DNA of 37,288 nucleotides from a virus. Positions 7,446-16,511 of the stretch are shown piece after piece (within the stretch, counting starts at the first letter, position 1; each line of letters opens with the position of its first letter). A program made the position numbers and the translations under genes. Where the stretch lies: UHGV virus genome UHGV-1407012; one strand, 5' to 3'. The notes under the pieces were generated by a model that saw nothing but the letters and a program-made list of their open reading frames with translations, did no database searches and was not told the origin of the DNA.

Positions 7446-7676
7446 ATGGTCAACAAGGCTATTAAAGCGGCTATTGACTCAGTAGGAAGTCAGCAAAAGT
7501 TAGCTGATGCCTGCGGTGTTAAGCAGCCGTCTGTATGGGCTTGGTTGCATGGGAAGAAAAGGGTATCCGCTAAAAATGCCAAGCGCATTGAAATGGCTAC
7601 CAATGGAAGCATCCCTGCATACCTGATTCGCCCTGATTTATCCGATTTGTTCCCCAATCCGAACAAAGCAGCTTAA
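7446..7676 (+). CDS. cro: Cro-like repressor (76 aa)
   Basis: ATG 7446 with AGGAG RBS inside track ORF 7404..7676; HTH QQKLADACGVKQPSVWAW. Confidence 0.7.
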   Translation: MVNKAIKAAIDSVGSQQKLADACGVKQPSVWAWLHGKKRVSAKNAKRIEMATNGSIPAYLIRPDLSDLFPNPNKAA

Positions 7677-7795
7677 TAAAGCAAATTTTTATACCGAACG
7701 GCCCGGTATACGGTCGGGTGCCCGGCGTGGTCAAGGATGACTGTCAATGGTGCACGATAAAAACCCAAATTATTTACCTATGGAGATAGTAAGAA

Positions 7796-8092
7796 ATGAC
7801 ACAAGCAAGCTACAGCAAGCCAACACAGCGAGAAATTGATCGCGCTGAAACAGATTTACTCATCAACCTGTCAACGCTTACCCAGCGCGGTCTGGCAAAG
7901 ATGATTGGCTGTCATGAATCGAAGATAAGCAGAACGGACTGGAGATTTATTGCTTCGGTTCTGTGTGCTTTTGGAATGGCATCAGACATCAGTCCGATTA
8001 GCAGGGCTTTTAAGTATGCATTGGATGGAATCACAAAGAAAAAATCCCCGGCCGCCACCGAGGATTTTAAGCAAATTGATATGCAATTCTGA
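7796..8092 (+). CDS. cII: CII-like transcriptional activator
   Basis: C-terminal ...TKKKSPAATEDFKQIDMQF resembles lambda CII ...TNKKRPAATERSEQIQMEF (recalled); HTH KMIGCHESKISR. Confidence 0.85.
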   Translation: MTQASYSKPTQREIDRAETDLLINLSTLTQRGLAKMIGCHESKISRTDWRFIASVLCAFGMASDISPISRAFKYALDGITKKKSPAATEDFKQIDMQF

Positions 8093-8124
8093 GGTCATTA
8101 CTGGATCAATCCACAGGAGTAATT

Positions 8125-8286
8125 ATGACAAAACGTCGTAAGAAATACCAGGAAAAAGAAGAGATTCGACACCCTGATTCACCTGAGGGATTAGTGGTAG
8201 CCGCAGCAAATAACAGGGCTTTCGCAGAGCGCCTTGTTGGTGTTTACAGACTAGCCAAAGCAGGAGTGAAACATGGGCGTCGTTAA
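8125..8286 (+). CDS. Small basic hypothetical protein (53 aa, MTKRRKKYQEKEEIRH...)
   Basis: AGGAG RBS 5 nt upstream of ATG; lies between cII and the replication gene. Confidence 0.4.
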   Translation: MTKRRKKYQEKEEIRHPDSPEGLVVAAANNRAFAERLVGVYRLAKAGVKHGRR

Positions 8287-8335
8287 GTTAGCTGATTACA
8301 GGCATAACCCTGTACAACATCAGGAGGCATCCAGT

Positions 8336-9163
8336 ATGGGGTATGTCTCTATACACCGCCAGTTTATGGACAGCAGGCTCTATAAGGACTCTCAGGCAGT
8401 ACATCTTTGGCTTCACTTAATCCTCAAGGCTAATCACGAATCTACTGTCGTCAATACGGATATCGGGCCGATAACTGTTGATCGCGGTCAGATGATAACT
8501 GGACGCCCGTCGCTGGTCAGAGAAACATTCATCCCCGACAACAAAGTTCGGAGCTTATTACGGACTTTTGAGTCGAAAGGGATGCTTAATATTTGCTCGA
8601 TGGGGAAGAAATTTAGCCTGTTTACAATCGTTAAATATGACGATTTTCAGGCAAAAAATTGTCCAACGGTTGTCCAACGGTTGTCCAACGCAAACACCAG
8701 TAATGGCGCGGCTCTCAGCGGAGATTGTCCAACGGTTGTCCAACGGTTGTCCATAAACAATAATATAAATAATATCTCTAATACTGACGTATTAGAGAGT
8801 GCCACAGCAGACAAAAAGTCTGACAAGAAAAAACCTTCCGTTAGCTGTCAGGATGTTGTCGATGCTTACCACGAAATCCTTCCTGAAGCGCCAAAAATCC
8901 GCGCACTGAATGACAAGCGTAAAAACCAGATCCGAACGTTCTGGCGCAAAGCCGGAGTGATAACCCGCCAGCTTGACGGGCATGGGTTCACGATGCAGGA
9001 CTGGAGAAATTATTTGAGCTACGTAGGCGAAAATTGCCGATGGATGTTCGAAGAGCGTCCAAACCATCAACGCGGAACCGTCTGGCACAAAAAGGGATTT
9101 GATTTCCTGCTTAACGATAATACCTACCTGAAAGTTCGTGAGGGTGAACACGATGACCGATAA
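8336..9163 (+). CDS. Replication initiator (lambda O / P22 gp18 functional analogue) carrying the origin iterons
   Basis: ATG 8336 with AGGAGG RBS (track ORF starts 8273); iterons and AT-rich tract inside the gene; followed by the helicase gene. Confidence 0.75.
   Translation: MGYVSIHRQFMDSRLYKDSQAVHLWLHLILKANHESTVVNTDIGPITVDRGQMITGRPSLVRETFIPDNKVRSLLRTFESKGMLNICSMGKKFSLFTIVKYDDFQAKNCPTVVQRLSNANTSNGAALSGDCPTVVQRLSINNNINNISNTDVLESATADKKSDKKKPSVSCQDVVDAYHEILPEAPKIRALNDKRKNQIRTFWRKAGVITRQLDGHGFTMQDWRNYLSYVGENCRWMFEERPNHQRGTVWHKKGFDFLLNDNTYLKVREGEHDDR
8659..8757. repeat. Origin iterons: six 11-bp TTGTCCAACGG-type direct repeats in two triplets, followed by an AT-rich tract
   Basis: Triplets at 8659..8691 and 8725..8757; AT-rich 8757..8790; encode the repeated peptide CPTVVQRLS. 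Confidence 0.7.
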
Positions 9164-10589
9164 TTTTTATGCGCCGCCCCATAGCATCGAGGCAGAGCAG
9201 GCGGTGATTGGTGGATTGCTTCTGGATGATGACAGCAGTGAGCGCGTCCAGAAAGTTCTGGCGATGCTGAAGCCTGATTCATTTTACAGCCGACCACACA
9301 AAATCATTTTCGAAGAAATAACCAGAATGCACCGGGAGCAAAAGCCAGTAGATGGCCTGACGCTTTTCGATGAACTGGAGCGTAAATCGTTAACGGCGTC
9401 TGTTGGCGGTTTTGCTTATATCGCTGAGATCGCAAAGAACACGCCAAGCGCAGCAAACATCGTTGCCTATGCAATGCAGGTTCGTGAAACCGCAATGGAA
9501 CGCTACGCCATCAACCGCATGACTGAAGCGACGGAATTGCTCTATTCCCGCAATGGAATGACTGCAACGCAGAAGTACGAAGCTATTCAGGCGATTTTCA
9601 CGCAACTGACAGACCATGCAAAAACCGGATCGCGTCGCGGCCTTCGCTCATTTGGTGAGGTCATGGAAGGCTGGGTTAGCGACCTTGAGAAGCGATTTGA
9701 CCCGTCAGGCGAACAACGAGGAATGAGCACAGGGATCCCATCGCTGGACAGGATGCTGTCACCGAAAGGTCTGGTGAAAGGCTCTCTGTTTGTCATTGGC
9801 GCTCGCCCTAAGATGGGGAAAACGACGCTATACAGCCAGATGGCAATCAACTGCGCAGTGCATGAGAAAAAGCCCGCTCTGATGTTCAGCCTTGAAATGC
9901 CAGGTGATCAGATACTGGAAAAACTGGTAGGGCAGAAGTCTGGTGTTAACCCGAATATTTTTTACCTTCCGGCGACAAATGACGCTGATGACGGCTATCA
10001 GGGTGATTACGATGGTGACTTCAACAGGGCGATCGAAACAGCCAATCGCTTGAGTGAAATCGACCTGCTTTACATCGACGACACGCCGGGATTATCTCTG
10101 GCTCAAATCGTCAGCGAAAGCCGTCGAATCAAGCGAGAAAAAGGATGTGTTGGCATGATTCTGGTCGATTACCTGACACTAATGACCGCTGAGAAGGCCG
10201 ATCGCAACGACCTTGCTTACGGCATGATCACCAAAGGACTGAAGAACCTTGCCAAAGAGCTTGATTGCGTTGTTGTGCTTCTGACACAACTTAACCGCGC
10301 ACTGGAAAGCCGAACCAATAAACGCCCGTTACCAAGTGACTCACGAGATACAGGGCAGATTGAACAGGATTGCGATTATTGGGTTGGGATCCATCGGGAA
10401 GGTGCTTTTGATGACAGCGTTCCTCCTGGTGAAACCGAACTAATCCTTCGTCTCAATCGTCATGGCAATACCGGCACGGTGTATTGCATTCAGGCAAATG
10501 GAGCTATTTATGACACAGACCAACAGTCTGCTGAAATGCGCCGCCGTGAACGCGAGGAACCGCAGTCCAAGAAGAAAGGAGGATTCTGA
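9153..10589 (+). CDS. DnaB-type replicative helicase
   Basis: N-terminal IEAEQAVIGGLL motif and Walker A GARPKMGKT; ATG 9153 with GAGGG RBS (track start 9138 is GTG). Confidence 0.9.
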   Translation: MTDNFYAPPHSIEAEQAVIGGLLLDDDSSERVQKVLAMLKPDSFYSRPHKIIFEEITRMHREQKPVDGLTLFDELERKSLTASVGGFAYIAEIAKNTPSAANIVAYAMQVRETAMERYAINRMTEATELLYSRNGMTATQKYEAIQAIFTQLTDHAKTGSRRGLRSFGEVMEGWVSDLEKRFDPSGEQRGMSTGIPSLDRMLSPKGLVKGSLFVIGARPKMGKTTLYSQMAINCAVHEKKPALMFSLEMPGDQILEKLVGQKSGVNPNIFYLPATNDADDGYQGDYDGDFNRAIETANRLSEIDLLYIDDTPGLSLAQIVSESRRIKREKGCVGMILVDYLTLMTAEKADRNDLAYGMITKGLKNLAKELDCVVVLLTQLNRALESRTNKRPLPSDSRDTGQIEQDCDYWVGIHREGAFDDSVPPGETELILRLNRHGNTGTVYCIQANGAIYDTDQQSAEMRRREREEPQSKKKGGF

Positions 10590-10672
10590 TGACCATCTAC
10601 ATTACTGAGCTAATAACAGGCCTGCTGGTAATCGCAGGCCTTTTTATTTGGGGGAGGGTGAATCGTGGCTGA
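10589..10672 (+). CDS. Possible 27-aa hydrophobic peptide (MTIYITELITGLLVIAGLFIWGRVNRG)
   Basis: AAGGAGG RBS; ATG overlaps the helicase stop (TGATG); coding region contains the terminator hairpin. Confidence 0.3.
   Translation: MTIYITELITGLLVIAGLFIWGRVNRG
10617..10649 (+). terminator. Rho-independent terminator after the replication operon
   Basis: AGGCCTGC-loop-GCAGGCCT stem followed by TTTTTATTT. Confidence 0.5.
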
Positions 10673-10871
10673 GTTAATTTTCTCTGCATTGAGGATTCTC
10701 GGTGCTATGTGGATGGTGGCGACGTTCATTGTTGTTGCCAGCAGTTTTGTCCGGTTGGTAGGCGAAGGTAAAGACCTGGTGGGTGTGCTTTTCGGTAGCA
10801 TTTTCCTGTGGGTGATTATCGGTGTTATGCCTGTCGCTGTAGCAAAAATGGCGTGGCGTTTTGTGAGTTGA
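10665..10871 (+). CDS. Small membrane protein (68 aa, two hydrophobic helices)
   Basis: GTG start with GGAGG RBS 8 nt upstream; hydrophobic throughout. Confidence 0.5.
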   Translation: MAELIFSALRILGAMWMVATFIVVASSFVRLVGEGKDLVGVLFGSIFLWVIIGVMPVAVAKMAWRFVS

Positions 10872-10888
10872 ACTGAGGGTAAGTATCG

Positions 10889-11152
10889 ATGGACGAATCA
10901 AGAAAGCAGTTTGAAGAATGGTTTGAAAATTACACCGGATGTGATCCTAAAAATAAAATATACGCCAATATGGTTGAGATGTATTGGCAAGCGTGGCAGG
11001 CATCGCGAGCAGCTATCGAGATTGAGCTGCAAAAGCCAAAGAAAGGCCCACTTCCCGGTGATTATCACATTGGCTATGACTCAGGTGCAGAATCGCAATA
11101 CGAAAGCGATGTAGAGGCTATCCGCGCCGCTGGAATCAAAGTGAAGGAGTGA
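10889..11152 (+). CDS. Hypothetical nin-region protein (87 aa)
   Basis: ORF with GAGGG RBS. Confidence 0.6.
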   Translation: MDESRKQFEEWFENYTGCDPKNKIYANMVEMYWQAWQASRAAIEIELQKPKKGPLPGDYHIGYDSGAESQYESDVEAIRAAGIKVKE

Positions 11153-11156
11153 GTAT

Positions 11157-11411
11157 ATGCCATTTATAAAATTAACCATGCAATGCAGCATCTATCAGCC
11201 ACCAAGCACAGGCGTGATAGAAAGCACCAGAAGTGCATATGAGCCCTTGTACGTTAACTCTGACAACATCGAAACCCTATTTGAGGCCGGGATTACGATT
11301 GTAAGAATGGCAAGTGGTGAGCGGTTCGATGTTATTGAGAAACCAGAAGCTATTTTGGCGTTAATTAATCCATGCGTGCAGAAGGTGAGCAATGAGGAAA
11401 CTAACGTTTGA
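11157..11411 (+). CDS. Hypothetical nin-region protein (84 aa)
   Basis: AAGGAG RBS 7 nt upstream of ATG. Confidence 0.55.
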   Translation: MPFIKLTMQCSIYQPPSTGVIESTRSAYEPLYVNSDNIETLFEAGITIVRMASGERFDVIEKPEAILALINPCVQKVSNEETNV

Positions 11412-11808
11412 ACTAAGAAGCCCCATCCATCAGCAGAACGCCATTCAAGCTATCCAGCAAATCCTTCCAGACCCAACCAAACCAATCGTAGTAACCATTC
11501 AGGAACGCAACCGCAGCATTCGGCAAAATGCACGCCTTCACGCGATGCTATCTGAAATAAGTAAGAAGGCTACATATCATGGAAAAGCAAGAAATATTGA
11601 GTTTTGGAAGGGGTTATTCGTTTCTGGTTGGCAGATTGCAACCAACCAGCACCCTGAGATTATATCAGGGTTAGAAGGTGAGCTAATAAACATCAGAGAG
11701 AGTACAGCGACTCTATCTGTAAAAAAAATATCCGAAATAATGGACTACATAGAAGCATATTGTGCCATGAACTCAATTCATCTTAGCGAATGGAGGAATT
11801 ATGATTGA
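11392..11808 (+). CDS. ninB: NinB (Orf family recombination mediator), C-terminally truncated by an HNH insertion
   Basis: N-terminal ~110 aa (MRKLTFELRSPIHQQNAIQAIQQILPDPTKPIVVTIQERNRS...) track lambda NinB as recalled; frame ends ...SEWRNYD. Confidence 0.8.
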   Translation: MRKLTFELRSPIHQQNAIQAIQQILPDPTKPIVVTIQERNRSIRQNARLHAMLSEISKKATYHGKARNIEFWKGLFVSGWQIATNQHPEIISGLEGELINIRESTATLSVKKISEIMDYIEAYCAMNSIHLSEWRNYD

Positions 11809-12403
11809 GGTTTGGGTAGATATCGAAGGGATTCCATTTTATCAGGTTAGCAATAAAGGAAATTTCAGGTCTATTACGAGGGAGGTTACAGTAACATCAA
11901 CCAGACAGAGGCCATATAAGAAAATAATTAATGGCACTAGTGTAAAACCATTCATGTGCAAGTCGACAGGATATCTTCAAATAAAGGTATACGGTAAGAA
12001 ATACAGCGCCCACAGGATAGTTGCGAAAGCATTCTGTACAGGGTTCTGTGATGGCTTGGTAGTTAATCACAAAAATGGGCGAAGAGATGACAATAGGGCT
12101 GATAACCTTGAATGGGTATCACATTCTGAAAACTCAAAACACGGATATAAACAAAATGGAAGAATACCTGTATCGCTAGGTAAATTTAGTGGTGACCATC
12201 CTGCCAGTAAAGCTGTTATTTCTACTGACATGAAAACTGGGGAGGAGGTTTATTATGAAGCAGCTATGGATGCTGTCAGAGAAGGATTTGATAGTTCGTC
12301 AATTAGTCGTTGCTGTAATGGCGAAAGCTCATATCACAAAGGAAGATTCTGGCGATTTGCAAATGAAACAATGAAAGCGCGATGGGGAGACAGGGCTGCA
12401 TGA
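11801..12403 (+). CDS. HNH homing endonuclease (NUMOD4-like N-terminus plus HNH_3-like domain) whose last ~15 codons derive from the ninB 3' end
   Basis: [17 protein letters not shown] and [25 protein letters not shown] motifs; C-terminus ...[10 protein letters not shown] matches the lambda NinB C-terminus; own GGAGG RBS; AT-rich. Confidence 0.8.
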   Translation: MIEVWVDIEGIPFYQVSNKGNFRSITREVTVTSTRQRPYKKIINGTSVKPFMCKSTGYLQIKVYGKKYSAHRIVAKAFCTGFCDGLVVNHKNGRRDDNRADNLEWVSHSENSKHGYKQNGRIPVSLGKFSGDHPASKAVISTDMKTGEEVYYEAAMDAVREGFDSSSISRCCNGESSYHKGRFWRFANETMKARWGDRAA

Positions 12404-12582
12404 GGCGACAGCGACGAAGTATCACCGACATAATCTGTGAAAACTGCAAATACCTTCCAACGAAACGCTCCAGAAATAAACGCAAGCCAATCCCAAAAGA
12501 ATCTGACGTAAAAACCTTCAACTACACGGCTCACCTGTGGGATATCCGGTGGCTTAGAGAACGTGCGAGGAAAACAAGGTGA
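12400..12582 (+). CDS. ninD: NinD-like zinc-ribbon protein
   Basis: [23 protein letters not shown]... with ATGA overlap onto the upstream stop. Confidence 0.7.
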   Translation: MRRQRRSITDIICENCKYLPTKRSRNKRKPIPKESDVKTFNYTAHLWDIRWLRERARKTR

Positions 12583-12749
12583 TTGACCCAAATCGAAGTT
12601 ACGAACAAGAAAGCGTCGAGCGGGCTTTAACGTGTGCTAACTGCGGTCAGAAGCTGCATGTGCTGGAAGTTCATGTGTGCTCCGATTGCTGCGCAGAACT
12701 GATGAGCGATCCGAATAGCTCAATGTACGAGGAAGAAGACGATGAGTGA
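12579..12749 (+). CDS. NinF-like small Cys-rich protein (56 aa)
   Basis: GTG start overlapping the ninD stop; CANCGQ...CSDCC motif; below ORF-track cutoff. Confidence 0.55.
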   Translation: MIDPNRSYEQESVERALTCANCGQKLHVLEVHVCSDCCAELMSDPNSSMYEEEDDE

Positions 12750-12954
12750 TTACCTGAAATGGTATCTCTGCCACCGCTGGTTAATTAAGTTTGCTGTAAA
12801 AGACTGGATGACAGCGGATGCCAACAAGCTTAAACAACGAAAGGACTATTACTACGCCAGAATGAAGGAAAACTACTGCTCAATCCGCACTCGCATATTT
12901 ATTAAAAAAGACCTTCAGTCAATTCTTCAATTGCGAGGGAAGGTAAATGGCTAA
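12742..12954 (+). CDS. Hypothetical nin-region protein (70 aa)
   Basis: ORF overlapping neighbours by a few nt. Confidence 0.5.
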   Translation: MSDYLKWYLCHRWLIKFAVKDWMTADANKLKQRKDYYYARMKENYCSIRTRIFIKKDLQSILQLRGKVNG

Positions 12955-13237
12955 TCTACGCAAAGAAGCGCGCGGCAGAGAATGCCAGGTACGTATTTAC
13001 GGCATATGCAATGGCAATCCTGAAACTACAGTTCTGGCACATTACAGGATGGCTGGAATTTGCGGAACGGGAATGAAGCCTGACGACCTGATCGGTGCAT
13101 GGGCTTGTAGTGACTGCCACGCGGAGATCGACCGACGCACCCATAACCTCGACAACAAAGACGCCAGACTTTACCACCTCGAAGGCGTGATCAGGACGCA
13201 GGCGATACTGCTGAAGGAGGGGAAGATTAAGTCATGA
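12947..13237 (+). CDS. DUF1364-like (YbcO-type) Cys/His-rich nin-region protein
   Basis: MANLRKEARGRECQVRIYGICNGNPETTVLAH...WACSDCHAEID; GAGGGAAGG RBS; family assignment from memory. Confidence 0.55.
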   Translation: MANLRKEARGRECQVRIYGICNGNPETTVLAHYRMAGICGTGMKPDDLIGAWACSDCHAEIDRRTHNLDNKDARLYHLEGVIRTQAILLKEGKIKS

Positions 13238-13596
13238 ACGAATATCAGTTTGTGCTTCCTTACCCGCCGTCGGTGAATACCTACTGGCGAAGACGGGGAA
13301 GCCAATACTACATCAGCGATAAAGGCCAGAAATACCGAAAAGACGTTCAGCAAATCATCCGCCAACTCAAGTTAGATATTTTCACCAAATCACGACTCCG
13401 TATCAAAGTCATCGCAGACGTTCCAGACTCCCGCCGCCGCGACCTCGACAACATCCTGAAAGGTTTACTCGACTCACTTATCCACGCCGGATTTGCGGAA
13501 GACGACGAGCAATTCGATGACATTCGCGTAATTCGTGGCGTGAAAGTACCAGGCGGACGGCTTGGAATAAAAATCACCGAACTGGAGAACGCATGA
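13234..13596 (+). CDS. rusA: RusA Holliday-junction resolvase
   Basis: Size and motifs (LPYPPSVNTYW..., DLDNILKGLLDSL, acidic DD cluster); position before ninH and Q. Confidence 0.85.
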   Translation: MNEYQFVLPYPPSVNTYWRRRGSQYYISDKGQKYRKDVQQIIRQLKLDIFTKSRLRIKVIADVPDSRRRDLDNILKGLLDSLIHAGFAEDDEQFDDIRVIRGVKVPGGRLGIKITELENA

Positions 13597-13781
13597 ACGC
13601 CACAATTCAAACGATACCAGAGCTTCTTATCCAGACACGAGGCAATCAGACCGAAGTGGCGAGGATGCTTTCCTGCGCAAGAGGAACAGTGCTCAAGTAC
13701 AACCGAGACAGCAAAGGCGAGCGTCACGTAATAGTTAACGGCGTCCTGATGGTCAAACAGGGCAAGAGGGGAAGACGATGA
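13593..13781 (+). CDS. ninH: NinH-like protein
   Basis: ...GNQTEVARMLSCARGTVLKY...IVNGVLMV resembles lambda NinH as recalled. Confidence 0.65.
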   Translation: MNATIQTIPELLIQTRGNQTEVARMLSCARGTVLKYNRDSKGERHVIVNGVLMVKQGKRGRR

Positions 13782-14401
13782 GACTCGAAAGCGTAGCTAA
13801 ATTTCATTCGCCAAAAAGCCCAATGATGAGCGACTCACCACGGGCTACGGCTTCTGACTCTCTTTCCGGTACTGATGTGATGGCTGCTATGGGGATGGCG
13901 CAATCACAAGCCGGATTCGGTATGGCTGCATTCTGCGGTAAGCACGAACTCAGCCAGAACGACAAACAAAAGGCTATCAACTATCTGATGCAATTTGCAC
14001 ACAAGGTATCGGGGAAATACCGTGGCGTGGCAAAACTCGAAGGAAATACTAAGGCAAAGGTACTGCAAGTGCTCGCAACATTCGCTTATGCGGATTATTG
14101 CCGTAGTGCCGCGACGCCGGGCGCAAGATGCAGAGATTGCCACGGTACAGGCCGTGCGGTTGATATAGCCAAAACAGAGCAGTGGGGGAGAGTTGTTGAG
14201 AAAGAGTGCGGAAGATGCAAAGGTGTCGGCTATTCAAGAATGCCAGCAAGCGCCGCATATCGCGCTGTAACGATGCTAATCCCAAACCTTACTCAACCCA
14301 CCTGGTCACGCACTGTTAAGCCGCTGTATGACGCTCTGGTGGTGCAATGCCACAAAGAAGAGTCAATCGCAGACAACATTTTGAATGCGGTCACACGTTA
14401 G
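13778..14401 (+). CDS. Q: Late-gene antiterminator Q (lambda-type)
   Basis: 207 aa, near-colinear with lambda Q as recalled (MRLESVAKFHSPKSPMMSDS..., zinc motif CRDCHGTG...CGRCKG). Confidence 0.9.
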   Translation: MRLESVAKFHSPKSPMMSDSPRATASDSLSGTDVMAAMGMAQSQAGFGMAAFCGKHELSQNDKQKAINYLMQFAHKVSGKYRGVAKLEGNTKAKVLQVLATFAYADYCRSAATPGARCRDCHGTGRAVDIAKTEQWGRVVEKECGRCKGVGYSRMPASAAYRAVTMLIPNLTQPTWSRTVKPLYDALVVQCHKEESIADNILNAVTR

Positions 14402-14443
14402 CAGCATGATTGCCACGGATGGCAACATATTAACGGCATAATA

Positions 14444-14472
14444 TTGACTTTTTGAATAAAGTTGGGTAAATT
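14444..14472 (+). promoter_or_regulatory. pR' late promoter with overlapping qut site (-35 TTGACT, -10 TAAATT)
   Basis: Sequence matches the lambda pR' region as recalled; immediately downstream of Q. Confidence 0.65.
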
Positions 14473-14478
14473 TGACTC

Positions 14479-14672
14479 AACGATGGGTTAATTCGCTCGT
14501 TGTGGTAGTGAGATGAAAAGAGGCGACTCTTACTACCGATTCCGCCTAGTTGGTCACTTCGACGTATCGTCTGGAACTCCAACCATCGCAGGCTGAGAGG
14601 TCTGCAAAATGCAATCCCGAAACAGTTCGCAGGTAATAGTTAGAGCCTGCATAACGGTTTCGGGATTTTTTA
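14479..14672 (+). ncRNA. 6S-type terminated late leader transcript (pR' to tR')
   Basis: Distance from predicted +1 to the tR' U-tract is about 194 nt, as for lambda 6S RNA; ends approximate. Confidence 0.55.
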
Positions 14673-14673
14673 T
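14613..14673 (+). terminator. tR' rho-independent terminator
   Basis: CCCGAAAC...GTTTCGGG stem enclosing an inner hairpin, followed by ATTTTTTAT. Confidence 0.7.
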
Positions 14674-15088
14674 GTCTGTGCAACAGGTAAGAGTATTTGT
14701 AGAGTTCGACTCTCTACCGTGGGCTTTTTCCCGCGATGCGAGCCATAAATGCTCTTTCCGTTGTGCTGAATTAAGCGAATGCCGGAAGCAGAACCGGATC
14801 ACCAAATGCGTACAGGCGTCATCGCCGCCCAGCAACAGCACAACCCAAACTGAGTCGTAGCCACTGACTATCCTGAATTCATCAGTGATAGTTATGCTGC
14901 GGCCTTCTACACATGACCTTCGTGAAAGTGGGTGGCAAGAGGTTGCGCTAACAACCTCCTGCCGTTTTGCCCGTGCATATCGGTCACGAACAAATCTGAT
15001 TACTAAACACAGTAGCCTGGATTTGTTCTATCAGTAATCGACCTTATTCCTAATTAAATAGAGCAAATCCCCTTATTGGGGGTAAGAC

Positions 15089-15412
15089 ATGAAGATGCCA
15101 GAAAAACATGACCTGTTAGCCGCCATTCTCGCGGCAAAGGAACAAGGCATCGGGGCAATCCTTGCGTTTGCAATGGCGTACCTTCGCGGCAGATATAATG
15201 GCGGTGCGTTTACAAAAACAGTAATCGACGCAACGATGTGCGCCATTATCGCCTGGTTCATTCGTGACCTTCTCGACTTCGCCGGACTAAGTAGCAATCT
15301 CGCTTATATAACGAGCGTGTTCATCGGCTACATCGGTACTGACTCGATTGGTTCGCTTATCAAACGCTTCGCTGCTAAAAAAGCCGGAGTAGAAGATGGT
15401 GGAAATCAATAA
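15089..15412 (+). CDS. S: Holin/antiholin S (class I, dual start Met1-Lys2-Met3)
   Basis: [32 protein letters not shown]..., colinear with lambda S as recalled. Confidence 0.95.
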   Translation: MKMPEKHDLLAAILAAKEQGIGAILAFAMAYLRGRYNGGAFTKTVIDATMCAIIAWFIRDLLDFAGLSSNLAYITSVFIGYIGTDSIGSLIKRFAAKKAGVEDGGNQ

Positions 15413-15872
15413 TCAACGTAAGGCGTTCCTCGATATGCTGGCGTGGTCAGAGGGGACTGATAACGGACGACAGAAAACCAGAAATCATGGTTATGACGTC
15501 ATTGTTGGCGGAGAGCTATTCACTGATTACTCCGATCACCCTCGCAAACTTGTCACGCTAAACCCCAAACTCAAATCAACAGCAGCAGGACGTTACCAGC
15601 TTCTTTCCCGTTGGTGGGATGCCTACCGTAAGCAGCTTGGCCTGAAAGACTTCTCTCCGAAAAGCCAGGACGCTGTGGCATTGCAGCAGATTAAAGAGCG
15701 TGGCGCTTTACCGATGATTGATCGCGGTGATATCCGTCAGGCAATCGACCGTTGCAGCAATATCTGGGCTTCACTGCCGGGGGCTGGTTACGGTCAGTTC
15801 GAGCATAAGGCTGACAGCCTGATTGCAAAATTCAAAGAAGCTGGCGGAACGGTCAGAGAGATTGAGGTATGA
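15396..15872 (+). CDS. R: Endolysin R (lytic transglycosylase)
   Basis: [39 protein letters not shown]..., colinear with lambda R as recalled. Confidence 0.95.
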   Translation: MVEINNQRKAFLDMLAWSEGTDNGRQKTRNHGYDVIVGGELFTDYSDHPRKLVTLNPKLKSTAAGRYQLLSRWWDAYRKQLGLKDFSPKSQDAVALQQIKERGALPMIDRGDIRQAIDRCSNIWASLPGAGYGQFEHKADSLIAKFKEAGGTVREIEV

Positions 15873-16336
15873 GTAGAGTCACCGCGATTATCTCCGCTCT
15901 GGTTATCTGCATCATCGTCTGCCTGTCATGGGCTGTTAATCATTACCGTGATAACGCCATCGCCTACAAAGAACAGCGTGATAAAAAAGTCAGTGAGCTG
16001 AAGCAGGCGACCGCCACCATTACTGACATGCAGCAACGCCAGCGTGCTGCTGATGCACTCGATGCTAAATACACGAAGGAGTTAGCTGATGCGAAAGCTG
16101 AAAATGATGCTCTTCGGCGCAAGCTTGATAATGGTGGCAGGGTGCTCGTCAAAGGAAAATGCCCTGTGCCATCCTCAGCCGAAACCTCCGGCGCCTCCGG
16201 CATGGGCAATGATGCCACCGTCGAACTCTCTCCAGTTGCTGGACGAAACGTTCTCGGTGTCCGGGACGGAATTATCCGCGACCAAACAGCACTGAGAACG
16301 CTTCAGGAATACATCAGGACGCAATGCCTTCGATGA
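15869..16336 (+). CDS. Rz: i-spanin Rz
   Basis: N-terminal TM helix then coiled coil; ATGA overlap with the R stop. Confidence 0.9.
   Translation: MSRVTAIISALVICIIVCLSWAVNHYRDNAIAYKEQRDKKVSELKQATATITDMQQRQRAADALDAKYTKELADAKAENDALRRKLDNGGRVLVKGKCPVPSSAETSGASGMGNDATVELSPVAGRNVLGVRDGIIRDQTALRTLQEYIRTQCLR
16089..16295 (+). CDS. Rz1: o-spanin Rz1 lipoprotein, embedded in Rz in the +1 frame
   Basis: Lipobox LIMVAGC followed by Pro-rich segment; nested in Rz. Confidence 0.8.
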   Translation: MRKLKMMLFGASLIMVAGCSSKENALCHPQPKPPAPPAWAMMPPSNSLQLLDETFSVSGTELSATKQH

Positions 16337-16511
16337 TAGCGATAATTTTACTCATCATCCTTCACATCTGGCTCTGTAGACAGGGTGGTGATCACTTCTG
16401 GAGTGAATCCAGATTAAACATCTCATTGCTGATGCTTGATATTGAGCATCTGGCGCGCGGTAAGGGGCTGCGTTGAGATAAGAGCCAGTTCATTACAAAT
16501 ACCAGGATTTA

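Noticed and set aside
7677-7795. GC-rich imperfect palindrome (CCCGGTATACGGTCGGG) between cro and cII as a possible nutR or tR1
   Set aside because: No boxA-like sequence and the hairpin is imperfect with no U-tract; cannot be assigned from sequence alone.
8273-8335. Upstream start for the replication initiator (track start 8273)
   Set aside because: The ATG at 8336 has a canonical AGGAGG RBS at ideal spacing; 8273 would overlap the small basic ORF and lacks an RBS.
8659-8757. Direct repeats considered as a possible CRISPR array
   Set aside because: Repeats are 11 bp, directly tandem without unique spacers, and sit inside the replication initiator gene; they fit origin iterons.
14554-14860. 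ORFs 14554..14841 (-) and 14609..14860 (+) between Q and S
   Set aside because: They overlap the 6S RNA/tR' structure and an untranslated spacer; no RBS.
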